A stretch of DNA of 64,000 bases, from the NCBI GenBank assembly GCA_002633005.1, contig NMRA01000355.1:270310-334309 (forward strand), in the 5' to 3' direction. The position numbers were made by a program, and so were the translations under genes. Every line of letters starts with the position of its first letter. Within the stretch, counting starts at the first letter, position 1. Below are positions 26,801 to 40,100 of the stretch, piece after piece. Under the pieces are notes generated by a model. It did no database searches. It had not been told where the DNA came from and saw only the letters and a program-made list of their open reading frames with translations. This stretch comes from Phoronis australis. Lineage: Eukaryota; Animalia; Phoronida.

Positions 26801-29800
26801 ATATTTTCACATTCATTAGCTCAAGGCTCCCTCAATTGTCAGAACTGTGCATTCGAAACAATGGTTTTTGACTAAAGGTGCGACAGTTAATCGAATTGTA
26901 ATCGCAAAGCGGAAGCAACGGTACCGATTTTGATGTTGATGTCCCAATTTTCGCAGTAAGGCGCCTCATTCAAAAAGATGGCTTATTTGTATCTTTTTAA
27001 AAGTATCATTGAAACATTGAACAAATAAACACCCCAGAATCATTCACTAGTTGGAATCTTTATAATATTTGCCATTTTTATCTTAACTTTTTGAAAATAA
27101 TATCTTTGTTACAACAGGTATTGCATAACCACGTTTCCAAACAAAAATGGCTACATCCAATACCTCTTTGGAGCCTTCGCCTTCAACAAGGCAAAGATCA
27201 TTTGCGAAAAAATGAATTACATTTGAAAAACAAATTTGATAAAATCAGATTCCAGATAAAAAGAAACAAATCAAATTCCTAAAAATGTGTATCATATGCG
27301 TGCACCCAGCCTAAATTATAGGGAGGGCTCGAATTGTGGACAATGTGGACCTTTTATTAACAAAAAGGCGGGGGACTAAAAAACGGAGTACCCCATTCAG
27401 AGCTGTGAATTGTGCATTCGCGCCTTTTTGGTGGACTTTGGCTACATTTGGAGCATCATAACGCAGAAATGACCGATCGGATTCATGTAAACCTATCAGA
27501 TACCAAAACGCTGTTGGGAATAGCTCCCAACAATTGTAATATTGGTTTTAAAATGTCCCATACATTTTTGACTTTTGTAAAAAAAAATCAAAAGTTGTAT
27601 AACATAAAAAATGAAATGATAAATTTAGAAAACTACAACAGGATTTCGAGATTTCATTTTGAGCAATTATATCAAATAAAATTTGGTCACATCATTCATA
27701 TCGTTGTTTTGTTACGAATTAATTTTTTTTGCTAAATTTTACTAAAAAGATGTCATGCGATCCAATTAATGGCAGATTGGCATAAAGACAAGGCTTTCTA
27801 CTTTCAGAAAATGTATACTTTCACAGAGTGATAATGTAATTTTGCAGATATTTGGCTAGAGACATAGAATTGAGGAGAATGTCCTGCATAACTTTGAGCC
27901 AACCTAAACCATCCTTGGTAACCAGCACATCACCCACACACCAAAACTTGCAAACACAACTTCTCTCCCATAGGTGACTCAGACCGTTACACTAAGGAAG
28001 TGACCTTTGAACTCTTTAACAAGGCTCTCACCTCTGCTCTGTTTTTGTAAATCTAACAGTTCTGTCTGCATTGTCTTTATTTCTCCATCATTGAGAAGGA
28101 TCTCTGAGACCAGTGACGCCTGCTTCTTTGTATACTCCACCAGAGATCTACAGAAGCCAAATCACTTACCAAGTTTGTTTTATGTACATAGCACTTGTAG
28201 TGTTGTCAACTGTCAATAGATGGCATTAGTATACAGATTTATGACCAAGTGACATTCTTTCATTGTTTTGTGGAGATCACTGTTTGGCAGCTTTAACAAA
28301 CACAATTGCATCCTAATGCTCATTTCCTTACACAAATAACAATACCATTTCAAACCATATGGTGTAGCTGCAGTGATAAATAGGCAGATCTACAGGGACC
28401 CTGGATAACCCCTCCTGCCGTGGGAATGACCCACTACACGGCCTGTCTGGTGTTGGGGTCACCTCACAACCTCCTGAGACAAATGTGAATTCACATGTCA
28501 CTAAAAATTTATGAACGCGTTGAACTCGCCAACAGCCATCAAGAAAATATGTAAGTAGACGCACTCTTTAGGAGTATCTCCGGCTGGGCCAGGCGTGTGG
28601 CTGCCAAACAGGTTCTTCTGTAACTCAGCACCCAACTGAAGTCTGTAAAACAAACAATGCACAAGTTAGTTCCATCGCACTTAAGGTCAAGTTTTTTTCA
28701 TTGCTGTTAATAATGTGTGTAAAATCGGAAAATTTGCATAAAATGTACTGGAAGCTCTCAGCAACTGAAAAAAAAGATTTTTTTAAATAATTGTTTATTA
28801 TGAAATATTCAGTACAATAAATATACATTGTCCAGAAAGCGCCAAGAGGCATTGTATCTGGGTTAAACAGATGAGAATAGAATATTCTTAAAAGGCGAAA
28901 TCGGCACTTCATGATACTATGCTATGAGTACACCCTATTTTGTAGACACGAATTCATAACTGAAAGCCACAAGTATGGTGGTCTTATATGGAAGTATTTA
29001 TTATAAGAAATTAATTCAAACACTCAGGTAAACCTAAGTGTACAAACATTTCAAACATTTAAGAGAATAATTACATGAATGATGGCTTGTTTTTTGGTAT
29101 TTTTGACAATTGGTTTTAAGAACTTTAAATTAAGTGTCAAACAAACCGTTTCATAAGAAGTTCCTTGACTGAGTTCTGAGAGGAGACCTTGAGAAGTTGC
29201 ATGGACAAGCGGTATATCCTGAAATTACAAAATTTATAGGTGTCCTAAACAAGTCACTATTGAAATTTACTAGTAAGTGGTACAACCAAGGTTTCAAAAA
29301 TTGGTCATCTGCAATGGGTTTCCCAATTTCTCAAGGCGTCCATGACCCATAACGTGTGATAGCGTTTTTATGACCTCAAGTCATATATAGTTTTCCATAT
29401 CTAATATCATTTCTAAGCCAACCTTTTTATTCTTGGCAGGCCTATGAGCTTCTAGGATGTCCTAGCCAGGGTGACTTAAGTTGAGTCAGGTTGCCTATCT
29501 GGATCCGCGCCACACCATATACCATGAAAGTGTCCATTTTTGTCTGAGAGAAATATAGCTTTTCACCACCATGAGTCGGTCTACCGTCTTGTGATTTTAA
29601 CATTGGAGGAGATTTTTGGGCTTGGTGAGGGGAATTTCGTGAGATTATTTAAATATTGTTCACTCAGCAAACGTCGAGGGCCAGGAAATTTACAGATTTA
29701 AATGATTACAGGATACTCTGAATGGGGTTTGTTGTGTTGACTGTCTCTGATACTAAATATGCTGCCACAAACTGAAAGTATTCCCAGTTCAAATCAGTCA

Positions 29801-31099
29801 CTATCACATGATCAAATGTTATCATTTCATTATAAAATCACATTATTACAGTAACTAATATTGTGACAAGTTATTAACCATTCCTCGTAACTTCATGTTA
29901 TATGAGCCACGATCAGATGTGTAGTTAAGTGCTTCATATTTCCTTTCGGTATTGAAAACGTTCATTCGTGGAGGATCCCAGAGGCGGATCTAAGATTTTG
30001 AGTTGGGGGGAGGGCAAAGTATTATCCAGGATTTTCCCAGTCACACATTCGGACCCCTGAACTGCCAAATCATACCTGGGGAGAATTTTAGGAAGGGCAT
30101 GGCCCCCTTGGCCCCCTCTCTAAATCCACCTCTGGATCCCTAAAAATATTTTCAACATGGTATCCTATATTTCATTATACATACTCTTCAATACACTTAG
30201 CACTGTCATCAGGGACAGGGGAGTCGTCTTTGGCTGAAACACAAAGATGAGAATGAGTGCTAAAATGTAGAACAGTAACTACACTATACAACAAATAACA
30301 TAAGGTAGCATTCAAGGTTATCGCATTTGAGCATACAATCTGTGCGTTTTTCGGGGACGAGACTTGCTGCTAGCATGCGCTTTTGATGATGTCAAATAAC
30401 AGAAGTCAGTGTTTTTCAATATATAAATATGTAATTCACAACATGATGAAACAATCTATGACAGAAATTTTGCCAAGACCCAACAGTTACATTTCACTTT
30501 TATCTCACAACAGTGAATAACCTAACACTGGTATTTAACCTGAAAGCACACCTTCAGTTGAGCACAAACAAAAACACAGGTCTTATAAAAATATCACCAT
30601 TTTTGTACGTTTTAGAAGAAAGAGAGGGGAATCAAGAAAGTGGAGGCTTGTACGCTTGCGAAAAAGTTGATAATTGTGAATGGTGCCTTGGCGTTTCAGT
30701 CTACCAACAGCAACACCATCTACAGTTCATTCACAAAACCAGCCAACTTCTTGTCATATCATTGCTTTGGACAGCCATTTCTGAGACATGACATTGCAAC
30801 GTTAGCCAAATTTGGAATTGTTCTAGGATAATATATAAATTTTTTGGATAACGCGACCTTTCGTTGACCATCAGTTTACCTGCGACGACAGCTGTCTCCA
30901 GCATCATTTTGCGTGTTTCCAGCCATTTCTGAGTTTTGCCAAGTTGCGAAATCACATAAAGCTCATTATCGTCATCATCAATGCTTTCCTGACTGTTTCC
31001 TTGGCTTTGGTTCTCGTTTGATCGTGATGTTTCTCCAACTCTAGATACGTGTGCGCGTGCTCTAGACACAGAGTTGTCCCCATCTTGGTTTTCTGCCAT
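23893..31099 (-). CDS. CENPH: Centromere protein H (CCAN HIKM subunit), 7 coding exons, 262 aa
   Basis: Exons 31099-30880, 30233-30185, 29218-29147, 28642-28565, 28147-28032, 26554-26452, 24043-23893; all GT-AG, phases match, 789 nt open. Motifs RLQLGAELQKNL and LQALVVGSGVNWAADDELMDMVVEL match human CENP-H RMRLSTALKKNL and FQNLILGSKVNWAEDPALKEIVLQL. An acceptor at ~31122 implies an upstream (UTR or coding) exon. Confidence 0.9.
25443..26312 (+). mobile_element. Solo LTR (870 bp) in the last CENP-H intron
   Basis: TGTCA...TGACA termini, perfect 5-bp TSD aagag, TATAAA at ~25910, AATAAA at ~26220. Confidence 0.9.
25527..25780 (+). repeat. 64-bp tandem repeat (~4 copies) in U3 of the solo LTR
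   Basis: Unit acagtgatgatgtaatttgtttactacagaatag...gactgaggtcaga at 25527, 25591, 25655 plus a degenerate fourth copy. Confidence 0.9.
27296..27440. mobile_element. Truncated member of the CATGCGCGCACCCAG MITE family
   Basis: Similar to the reverse complement of the right part of 36145-36399. Confidence 0.6.
29979..30134. mobile_element. MITE (same family as 62-201) with 5-bp TSD
   Basis: CAGAGGCGGATCTA...TAAATCCACCTCTG; perfect TSD gatcc. Confidence 0.8.
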
Positions 31100-31529
31100 C
31101 TCACATTCCCTTGTTGACGATGTCTTATAAAAGAACAAAATGTGGTATAACGGTAACCTCAGGAGAATTCCGTCCAATTGGGTGAATGAAATTCATAAAG
31201 TGTTGAGCGTAAAAGTACTCAATCAGGGAAATTCAAGTTTGGTAATTTGAAAAGAGTGACTATCAAGACTACAATAATACCAGCGGAATTAAAACAGATC
31301 AGAGCAATTCACTAAGTAATACAAAGATCGAGCACTTCTTTTTAGTACTTTTAGAGGGAAATCGCCCGACATTATCACAAATCATCAAACTCATTGTTTA
31401 TTCTCAGGCAAAGAATGTTTATGTGCTTATGTTTACTAGTATTAACTCAGTCCCTCACCAGGTGTCTCTTGATGTGACACCCCAATATTTTCTTTGTCGC
31501 TTTTCATGCCAAAGCAAGTGAAAATTTCA

Positions 31530-31667
31530 CGGGTGGCGCAGCACTAAAAAAAGTGGGGGCTAAAGCCTCCTTAGCCCCCCTGTGGTGCACCGCCTATAGA
31601 CCATCCATGTGCAGCGTAGCACTGAAAAAAGTGGGGGTCCCCCTATGCCTATGGTGCGCCGCCCATG
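31530..31667. mobile_element. Two tandem short MITEs (...GGTGCGCCGCCTATG end family)
   Basis: Repeated GCACT(A/G)AAAAAAGTGGGGG...GGTGC(A/G)CCGCC(T/C)AT; third copy at ~60873-60925. Confidence 0.55.
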
Positions 31668-32610
31668 CAAAACCAGTGCTAAACGTTAAGCTAACTGCTC
31701 GATTGCATTACTCCACTAGTTAGCGATCAATGACATCACATGTCCATGCCATAGGGCATAGGTGTCCACACACTACCACTTCCACTACTTTTGGTACTAG
31801 TGACAGTGTAGTGTTTGTTATCGTTATCCAAGAATAGTCTACGCCGGGCAATCATTGAAAAACGGACCAGTTAATCAACACCATTGACACAGACTTAAAA
31901 CCGGAGACAGTTCAGCCGCCAGATACTACAAGTTTGAGCGCCTACCACGATATCATCTGATCATCCTGATCATACTCATAGGCAACTTGTCTTTGAATTG
32001 TTCACTGAAGTTCGATTTTTGCGCTTCTGTCCTATGTGTGGTCTGATAACAGCAACTGTGATAAAACTTCGTCAGTAAATTGTTTTCTTGCCTGTGATTA
32101 CAACTTTATAAAGATTTTGGAGCTGTTAGGGTAGCAGAAACATATTTAAACGTATTAAACTGGGGATATTGAAGAAATTATATAGCAATTTTGCTTTTGA
32201 AATGTTTTGATATTTACATGGGATAAATTAGTAGCTGCGTTATTTTTATGGCACGTTCGTCTGGAGCGGGAAAAGCAGACAAGTTGAAAATATTTTTTGT
32301 GGAAGTACGGTGGTGTCGGTTTTGGTTAGATTTCTAGTTCCGTGATTCATTATCGCCTTCTATAGCTAGTGAATTTAAGAGGCTTGTCTTGAGTAGGAGA
32401 GTAGGTCATGTCATGATGTCATTGTCAGAGCAGACAATTTGCCGTGAATCTCGCGTGTGAATGACAATGTCAGAGACATTTAATATGCCGTGTTGTTGTA
32501 CAACTGTGCTATAAGCGGGTATACAGGACATGCCATTCAGAACTTAGAAGGGTATCCTCATCACGACAAGTTTACCTATGGTTGCTGGCCAGATATAACG
32601 GACCGTGATT

Positions 32611-33434
32611 TACACAGAGTGTACCTAATTATCGGACGGAACCTAAATATCGGACATTTCATAGAATCTTACTTGAAGCATAATCTGAGAATTAAATGAC
32701 ACCAATTTTTGTTCCGTTGTAATGCATTCAATGTCCGGCACCGTCTCGTTTTTTTACAGCGTTGCCTCGTTTTGATTTCACCGAGAGAGGGTGCAATTTA
32801 GACCCTCGGCCTAAAATGGACGACCGCATAAATCGGTTATAAAAGTTGAAAATAAAATCTTTTTCCACAATGACACCATCTCATTGAACAGACAATATGT
32901 CACTGTTCCATTTTTTAGTTTGTTTTTAAACTCAAGTCAAACCCCGACCGCGCACGTGCGGGTGTCATATCAAGAAGCCTAAGTGATACTAAAAACTGCA
33001 GTGAGTTTGTACGTGCTTTAGTCGTCTGCACTAGTTTCTCGAAACGACTTGGCGCCGTCATCAGATTTCATTTTATGGATAATTTTGTTGCGAATGGACC
33101 TGGGTTCTAGCAGCATATATGTCAAAACACTCGAGCTGACATTTGGTGACAAGGTCCCCGCGGCCATTACATGGTTAGTCAGTTTTCCGCGGTGTGGCGT
33201 ATGGAGAAGCATGGTGTCCGATATTTAGGTTCTCCGCAGGTTTGGTTGTTGTGTTTTTTGAAGATCAGTCGGAACATAAATGTGGCTTTCAGTGACAAGA
33301 GTATATGGTAACAGAACAATTCCGTGAAGGTAAATCTTCATTTCAGCAAAGAATTTACAACAATCCGTAGTATTTTCAATTAAATATAATGCAAAATGTG
33401 CCAAAACGTCCGATAATTAGGTCACTTGACTGTA
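32611..33434. mobile_element. Tc1/mariner-pogo-like non-autonomous element
   Basis: Inverted ACCTAATTATCGGACG near both ends, TA-flanked CAGT-type right terminus, second internal IR AACCTAAATATCGGACA (32640/33215). Confidence 0.65.
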
Positions 33435-34153
33435 TTGAACCAGAACGCAAGGCCCGTTAATTGTTATTGGCTGCATTCGCGGCGATTCGCCCAGTGATTG
33501 CTTGGTTCACTGAGACTTGGAGTCCGTTTGCCGATTTCAACCAATTCTCGTTTTTTCATTTGACAATGTCCTACTGCATGTATCTCTTGAGTGAAGTATT
33601 CAAATAAAAACTAGTCTATTTGTCACTGTACTAGGTTGAGTGGATTTTGATGTGCATGCATGAGTCTTTTCCTACAGTTGCTGTAACTCTCCTTAGAGTA
33701 TTAGTTGCATTTGTCAATTTAGCAGACTTTGTAAGGAGTTGTCATGCTTGATCCAACTTTTAAAGTCTGTCAAAGGTTACAGTACATTGTATTAGAGAGT
33801 AAGATGGAAAAGATTTACCATTTTTGTTGTATGGCATAAGACTTCTTACATTAAATATTAGCTTTGACCAGAGCTATTAGACAACAATGTCCATTGTTTT
33901 TGATTTTATGCATATTCCCAACTCACTCGGCTGTCTGCCAGACATTTGTCGAAATCACGGTGGTGTATGTATACCATGTAAATAAAATGTTTAAAATACT
34001 GCTATTATTTAACAAGTGAAAATTAAGTTCAAACTGTTGGACTGTGATTGCAGTGATAGAGGGTTCGATTCTTCATTGCGGCACATTTCAAGAATTAAAA
34101 CAATTTTCGTGCCGATAATATCCTTTTAATGGTCTTTCGTTTCAGAATTTCAG

Positions 34154-37100
34154 ATGTCTACTACTGCCTTCCAGCCCAAGCGGAGGTCCTCTCGTCGAAG
34201 GTCTGGGGCGTCGAATAATGCAAACCTTTCTGAAGTTGATAGTGAGAACGTGAAGCCAGAGAAACCAAACATTTCTGTAAGTTTCTAGATAAATCTTTTG
34301 GTAAAGGGGGCAGTGCTGTAAACTTATCTACATGCAGTGCCACGATCTTTGAACATCTTGAGTTGAACACCTTTGCTTTGTAGTAACATGTGACGGGACA
34401 TGTTATTCACATCCTTTTGTCACGCAAGTGTTGGTTATCAAGAATTAAGCTTTACATTTTGTTCAACTTTTGGTGCCAATCGAATTTGGTGACCTTATCC
34501 TCATTTTTAAAGTCAAAGCAAGAAAGTGACCAAACTTTGATGGCATATTTCAGGAAGGAAGGTTTAGATTTTGTTCGTAACATGAAGCTGAAGCTACTAC
34601 AGGGGACAGTCGGTTATGAGGATCTTGCCATCGAAAAAGAAGCTCATTTAAACAGGTCAAAATTCTGATATGAATCTCAAATTATTCCTTACACAAAGTG
34701 ATTCCTGGGCTTGGCATGCACTGACAGTTCTTTGTTGCACAGGACAAGGCTCAGTGTGTTGGCTTAACCCAGCGGTGATCATGGTCCCAAGCAATAGTGA
34801 ACTGCCAGGTCTTCCCTAGCCCGGAAGTCACTTCTGATCTGAGTGAGGAGTTGAGACCAGTTTCGAGAGGTCAAATTGAAATATTACATAACAGGTGCGT
34901 TCGATGCTGCTTTCAACACTGCTTTCGATACACTATTGTTGTACACAGAGCACACATCGTTTCAGACTGTTCGTTAACTTGAATAATGTCATTTTAAGCT
35001 GTTTGTTTACGAAAATGCGTGCAATGTCTCTGCTTGAGTCCTTCACTGGCTGTAATCTGGATGTATTTTTTCAGGTGAAGCCAAGTCTACTGCAGCGCCC
35101 TCCTCTTACTCCTATTCAGTCAACCCTATTGACTAGTCTGCGAAGCAAACTGGAACAGCGCTTGGCGGGTGAGATGGAGAGCTCCGATACAGAAGATAAA
35201 ACTAGTCCGAGTTTGGCGAGGTTGAGGATGACGCCGGGTGAGGGATTTTATTTTATTGGTTATTCAATATTTAGACTTTGTTGTCCAGTCTGAGGGGATC
35301 TTTTTAATTGTATCTGGTTACTATAGCTGCCTTTCATGAAATGCGATCATTTTGTCTCTCTCCATCCATGACCCATGGTAAACTCACCAATCTTAAACTT
35401 CTTAAGTCCAAGACCTTCATCTGCATTTTCATCTAAGTTTGCGGTCTCAATTTATCGATACCGTACAAGCCAAAAGTATTCAGTCAAAATGACCTAGAGT
35501 TCCATCATGACAGCTGAGTGGAAGCCACATTCATTTGTCAGAGTAGTCTCCCCTGATGACTGACAATGAAGGGGACAGTGAATAAGGTGGCTAAGATACT
35601 ATCTGATGAGAATTTTGTTACCAATAATTTTTGCTGTCATCAGAATTTGCCGTCATGACCGGAAGACAGTATTTTGTCTGATTACTTTTGTCTTGTAAAA
35701 AGTCTAACAGCAACTACACTTACTGAGTGTGTCATGTTTGTGTTCATCTTTGATTGTATCAGAAATATCTAATGTTCTGTAAATGGACAATTTAATGGTT
35801 GATTGTAGAAATGTCACTTAAAATTTGACTCCAGGAAATCTGAAAGAAAAGCAACAGGTCCTGCTGAGAAAGCACCGGGCGGCACGAGACAAACTCGACA
35901 AATTGACAATAGGTGGCGGTATCAGCCTGTGGCCAGAGATGGATAATATGCGACTGACGAGGGCGGACACGGCTGCCCTTAGTGTTGTCTCACTGTGCAC
36001 ATGCATCGTCACATGTATAGCCTTCCACATGATACATGGTATGTCAACAGATGAAATCACCAATTGCACAAATTAATCAGAAATCTGTTTTATATCTGAA
36101 TGTCCCAAGTCTGGTCTTGGTTAAGATGGTTGTATGATGAGGTACATGCGCGCACCCAGGGGTGGCTCGGGGTGAAGTGGGCAAAAAGGTCCGCCTAGAG
36201 AAACAAAAGGTCCGAGAAAGCGAGACATAAGTCCACAGGAATCTGGCGCGAATGTACAATTCATAGGTCTGAACGTAGCTACCAGTTCTTTTGTGTGTTT
36301 TCCTGTTTTCTTTTAGTCCCCGGTTTTATTTTTCAGTAAAAAGTCCAAATATGGAAGAATTTGAGCCCCCCCCCATATTTTAGGCTGGATGCGTGCATGA
36401 GGTATTAGTGTGGGTTGAGTGTCGCCTCCTGGTCATGAGGTCACATGCTCGATTCACACAGTGGTGTCCAGTGCCTCTGCTGGGCCCTTGAATATCTAGC
36501 TCTTCAGCTCAGTCTTAATTTGTGTAATATGTTTTGTAAAAAATTGGTTTCAGGAGCTTGGTGCAATGGGGCCGACTGAACAACCTGCACATGTCTGATG
36601 CAACTTGCATCAGACTACCTGCACTGTTTTTAAGACTTGATTTCAATTTGCACACTTCGTTGACCCGACTCTCGAAGGGGTTATTCAGCCTGAATGCAAA
36701 TAGCTATCAGCTCTATATCAGTTGTTATGTGTATGTGTGCTAAAACAGTATTGCACTTACAGTAACCTGCCTACTACCATATCGTAGATGTAGCCAGATT
36801 TAAGCCTTCATTAAAACAGGACCCCAGTACTGAAATACATTCCAGAAGTTCCTATTCCCACTTAGTTGCGATATTCTGTTCACTTTCATATGATCTTAAT
36901 AACATTCTTGATAGATATAATAGACGCAGTGGAGTTTGTGTAATTTGCACTTGATCTCTGAAATCCACTACTGACGGGTATCACTGAGATCTACCCTTGA
37001 CTTTGTCCATTCTATTGTGTGTAAATGCAGATACCTGGCCAATTGGTCTTTTTTTACCCACAGGCTCTCTTAAATCAAAGATGGATAGCTACCATGTGAG

Positions 37101-40100
37101 TCTTCTTCAATTCACTGCAAAGCACCCCATCGATGTCAGTGGTGGTCAAACAACATTCAAAGCCTCTGTTGTTGCATGGCATATCGAGTACATGTCCTTA
37201 ATAGTGAGTAGACCTGAATGCAGGCGTCTCCTTGACAACAGTCACAGTGGTCCCGCATGTTGTGCAGTTTAGTTGATGCCTGATATGCAGTGAGGACCCC
37301 TGTAGGTGACTGTTTTGGTCATTGACGAGTGTATATTATTGTTACCCCTCCACTTCCAAACACTGGGGTCCAGAGGATCCATTGTGCAAAGTTCTGGAGT
37401 CTGCTGCAATTTCTTGGTGCGTGATAAAAACAGTTCAGGCATCTTTTTGCTACCATAGAAGGATGCATTTGGAAGATGTAGCCACAGGTGAACCTTGTGG
37501 GACGATTTGGTATCAGGAAGATATTGATCAACATAATATTAGTGAAACATTGATTTTTAATTCCGGTTATGTACCGAAACTTCAGCCAAGGTGACAGAGC
37601 CGTAACTCAGCATGCATCCTAAGTTAAAAACCCAGTAGAACCAGTGTGATAAGATTCACTCAACTTGTTGACTGTGTAGAGATTTCATGCCCAGAAAAAC
37701 AATGTTTAATGAAAAATTTTCCTTAATACCCAGGAGTTTTAAAGATGTGTGTTTAGTAAAGTTTTGAGTTTTGCTTTTCGCATTGACATTTTGTATTCTA
37801 CTTCCATTCAGGATGAGCTGACCGGTACCTTTGCCATCAGTTTTGCACACACTTCACTGCTGTACAAAGTAGGGGTGGTGCTCTACATCTCTGGCCTGGT
37901 CGTGTTGCTATACTATTTGGCAGACAGTATATGGGCAAAGAACAAGTTAACGCCGAGGCGAATAAAGATATGGTGAGATGTGGTATTTTCAAAAACAAGC
38001 TCTTTGTTAATTAGGCAAAAGTAAGCCATGGTAGCTACAGTAAAGTGTCACCATTTTACACATTTCATGTGTTGCTTGGGAAAAGAGTGTTTCTGGATGG
38101 TATCTAGAGATTAACCAGTTGATGGATTTCAATGAAGCTTAACATAGCTCTATATGATGACCATGATGACCTGGCACCATTTCGTTCTCGAAAAAGATCT
38201 TTTCAAGTGATGTTTAGGGTAAGAGTGTTTCTGGGTTATATATATAGAACTCAAGGCTTGGAATTGTCGGCGGAAATGCAGATTTCCTCTTTTTTTCTTT
38301 TATTCGATCCGCGTATTTTTGTTATATTTCCGCTTAAAAATTGGATTTGCCATAAAATTATCGCGGTAAATTGGTTTCTTACCGTGGCATTGCTGACGAC
38401 TCGAAAAGCGGAAACTGCTCTTTATGTTTCGGAGGAACGAAAACTGTAATTGCGGATCACAGGCGCTCGAAGTTGCCGATGACTCGTAAGAATATTTAAG
38501 AAACATGTTTTCTTAGTAGTGAGTGACGTCAGTGGCAATTGAGGAACAGATAAATTCAAGTGCCTGTGCCTGGGATAGCGCGGTTCATCAATGGCGTCTG
38601 CATTTGGTATAAAATCGCGGTGACAAATAGTGCGATTCTGCAGTCAAATGCGTGGAGCGTGTAGTAGACTGAATATTTCGTGGAAAAAGTGGATAAAAAC
38701 GGTAAATGTCTTCACAAAGCAAGGTTTGTGCTCTGTAAATTTTGAGAGAGGAACAGTTACGGAGTACGTGGCCGAGTCGCCTTGGAGTTGGACTTATTTG
38801 AAGTCAGAGGACCGACTGAAAAGGATGAAACACTAGAAATAACAATGCTTTCTGAAAGGAACTTCAACCGTAACCAGTTATTCGTTGGATTGGAATGGTG
38901 GGATGTGAGTGATGTATGAAATTCTTTTGTTTGATCCCGCATGCACGCCCGTTGCCGTTGGCTGCTAGTGCCTGATCGCCTGAGAGTGCAATTTTCTACA
39001 TGCCGTCGAAACGGGATACAAAGTGCTATTGTCCTTACTGCAAATGTGTTTTAAATTGTCTTTTATGTATTTCAATTTATTTTGACATTTTTCGTGTTCT
39101 ATTTTGTGACTCGAGTTTTGCAGTTCGAAAGAAGTGATCACGTGACAGATTCTGAATGATCTGATTGGTCTAAGCCATTGTTTACAAATTCTGCCAGCCT
39201 AATTTCAGTGTCCTGGTAATTATTTTTGTCACAGTTTCTTCTACACCAGGGTGGCTTATGAACAATTAACTCCTGTAATTAGTGTTAGAAACTGAAAAGT
39301 TTGGCCAACTTAGGATTGTGATTGATGCATTCTATAGTTTAAAGTATGTTATTTTTGACTTTAATTTTTCCATGCCACAGGTTTTCTTCTTGACTTTTTT
39401 CCGTTTGCGTTGGAATTAAATTGTTTGTTGGAATTAAATGTGTTTGCATTTCATTCTCTCTAGGTAAGCTATGGATCGATTTTCATTTTTTTTTTGTAAT
39501 TTTGTATCATAATTATAAGAACTGAAAATAACTCTATAGGTCCCCCTGCAGCAAATCAAGAATAGGCTCCTGCCACTCACACTGAAATCATTATCTTTAT
39601 TATTTTGATTTTAAAAAATATCTTTTGTTGCATCTAATTGCCTTCATTGTTGTTGCTGAAATAGATGTCAGGTTCTGCTTAAGATGAGTGCGTTTTGCCA
39701 ACACAACACAGTAACAGGGCATCTCGTGATACTAATGTTTACTTTCGATCTGTTGAGGTATGGTTTAGATTGAAATGTGTATTTAGGGCCGTAAAAATTT
39801 CCTCTTTTTTGTCATGGGTCATTCCAAGCCTTGAGAACTTATTCACAGATTTCAATGAAACTTTACGCAGCAGTATATGATGACAATAAGTCTGCATTAC
39901 TTGATTTTTAGGCTGATTTGGCCACTACAGCACCTCCTGATGACTCTTAGAAACATAACATATTAGAGGCACTGTGGGCGCATGTTAATTGTCAATGACC
40001 CAACGTTGCTCTTATTTCATAAATGATGGTTTGTCACATCCATATTCTCTACCGCAGACAATAATTTGAAAATTGTGGGCCTCCACAACAATGTTAGAAT

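Noticed and set aside
28328-28564. ORF or possible microexon inside the CENP-H intron
   Set aside because: The flanking exons already join in phase (PKE|SLVEY); including it breaks the frame.
37306-37594. Extra exon candidate in the membrane-protein gene
   Set aside because: In-frame stop from the acceptor; exons 4 and 5 join correctly without it.
39936-39960. CTGATGA...GAAAC as a second hammerhead
   Set aside because: No stem II or stem I pairing.
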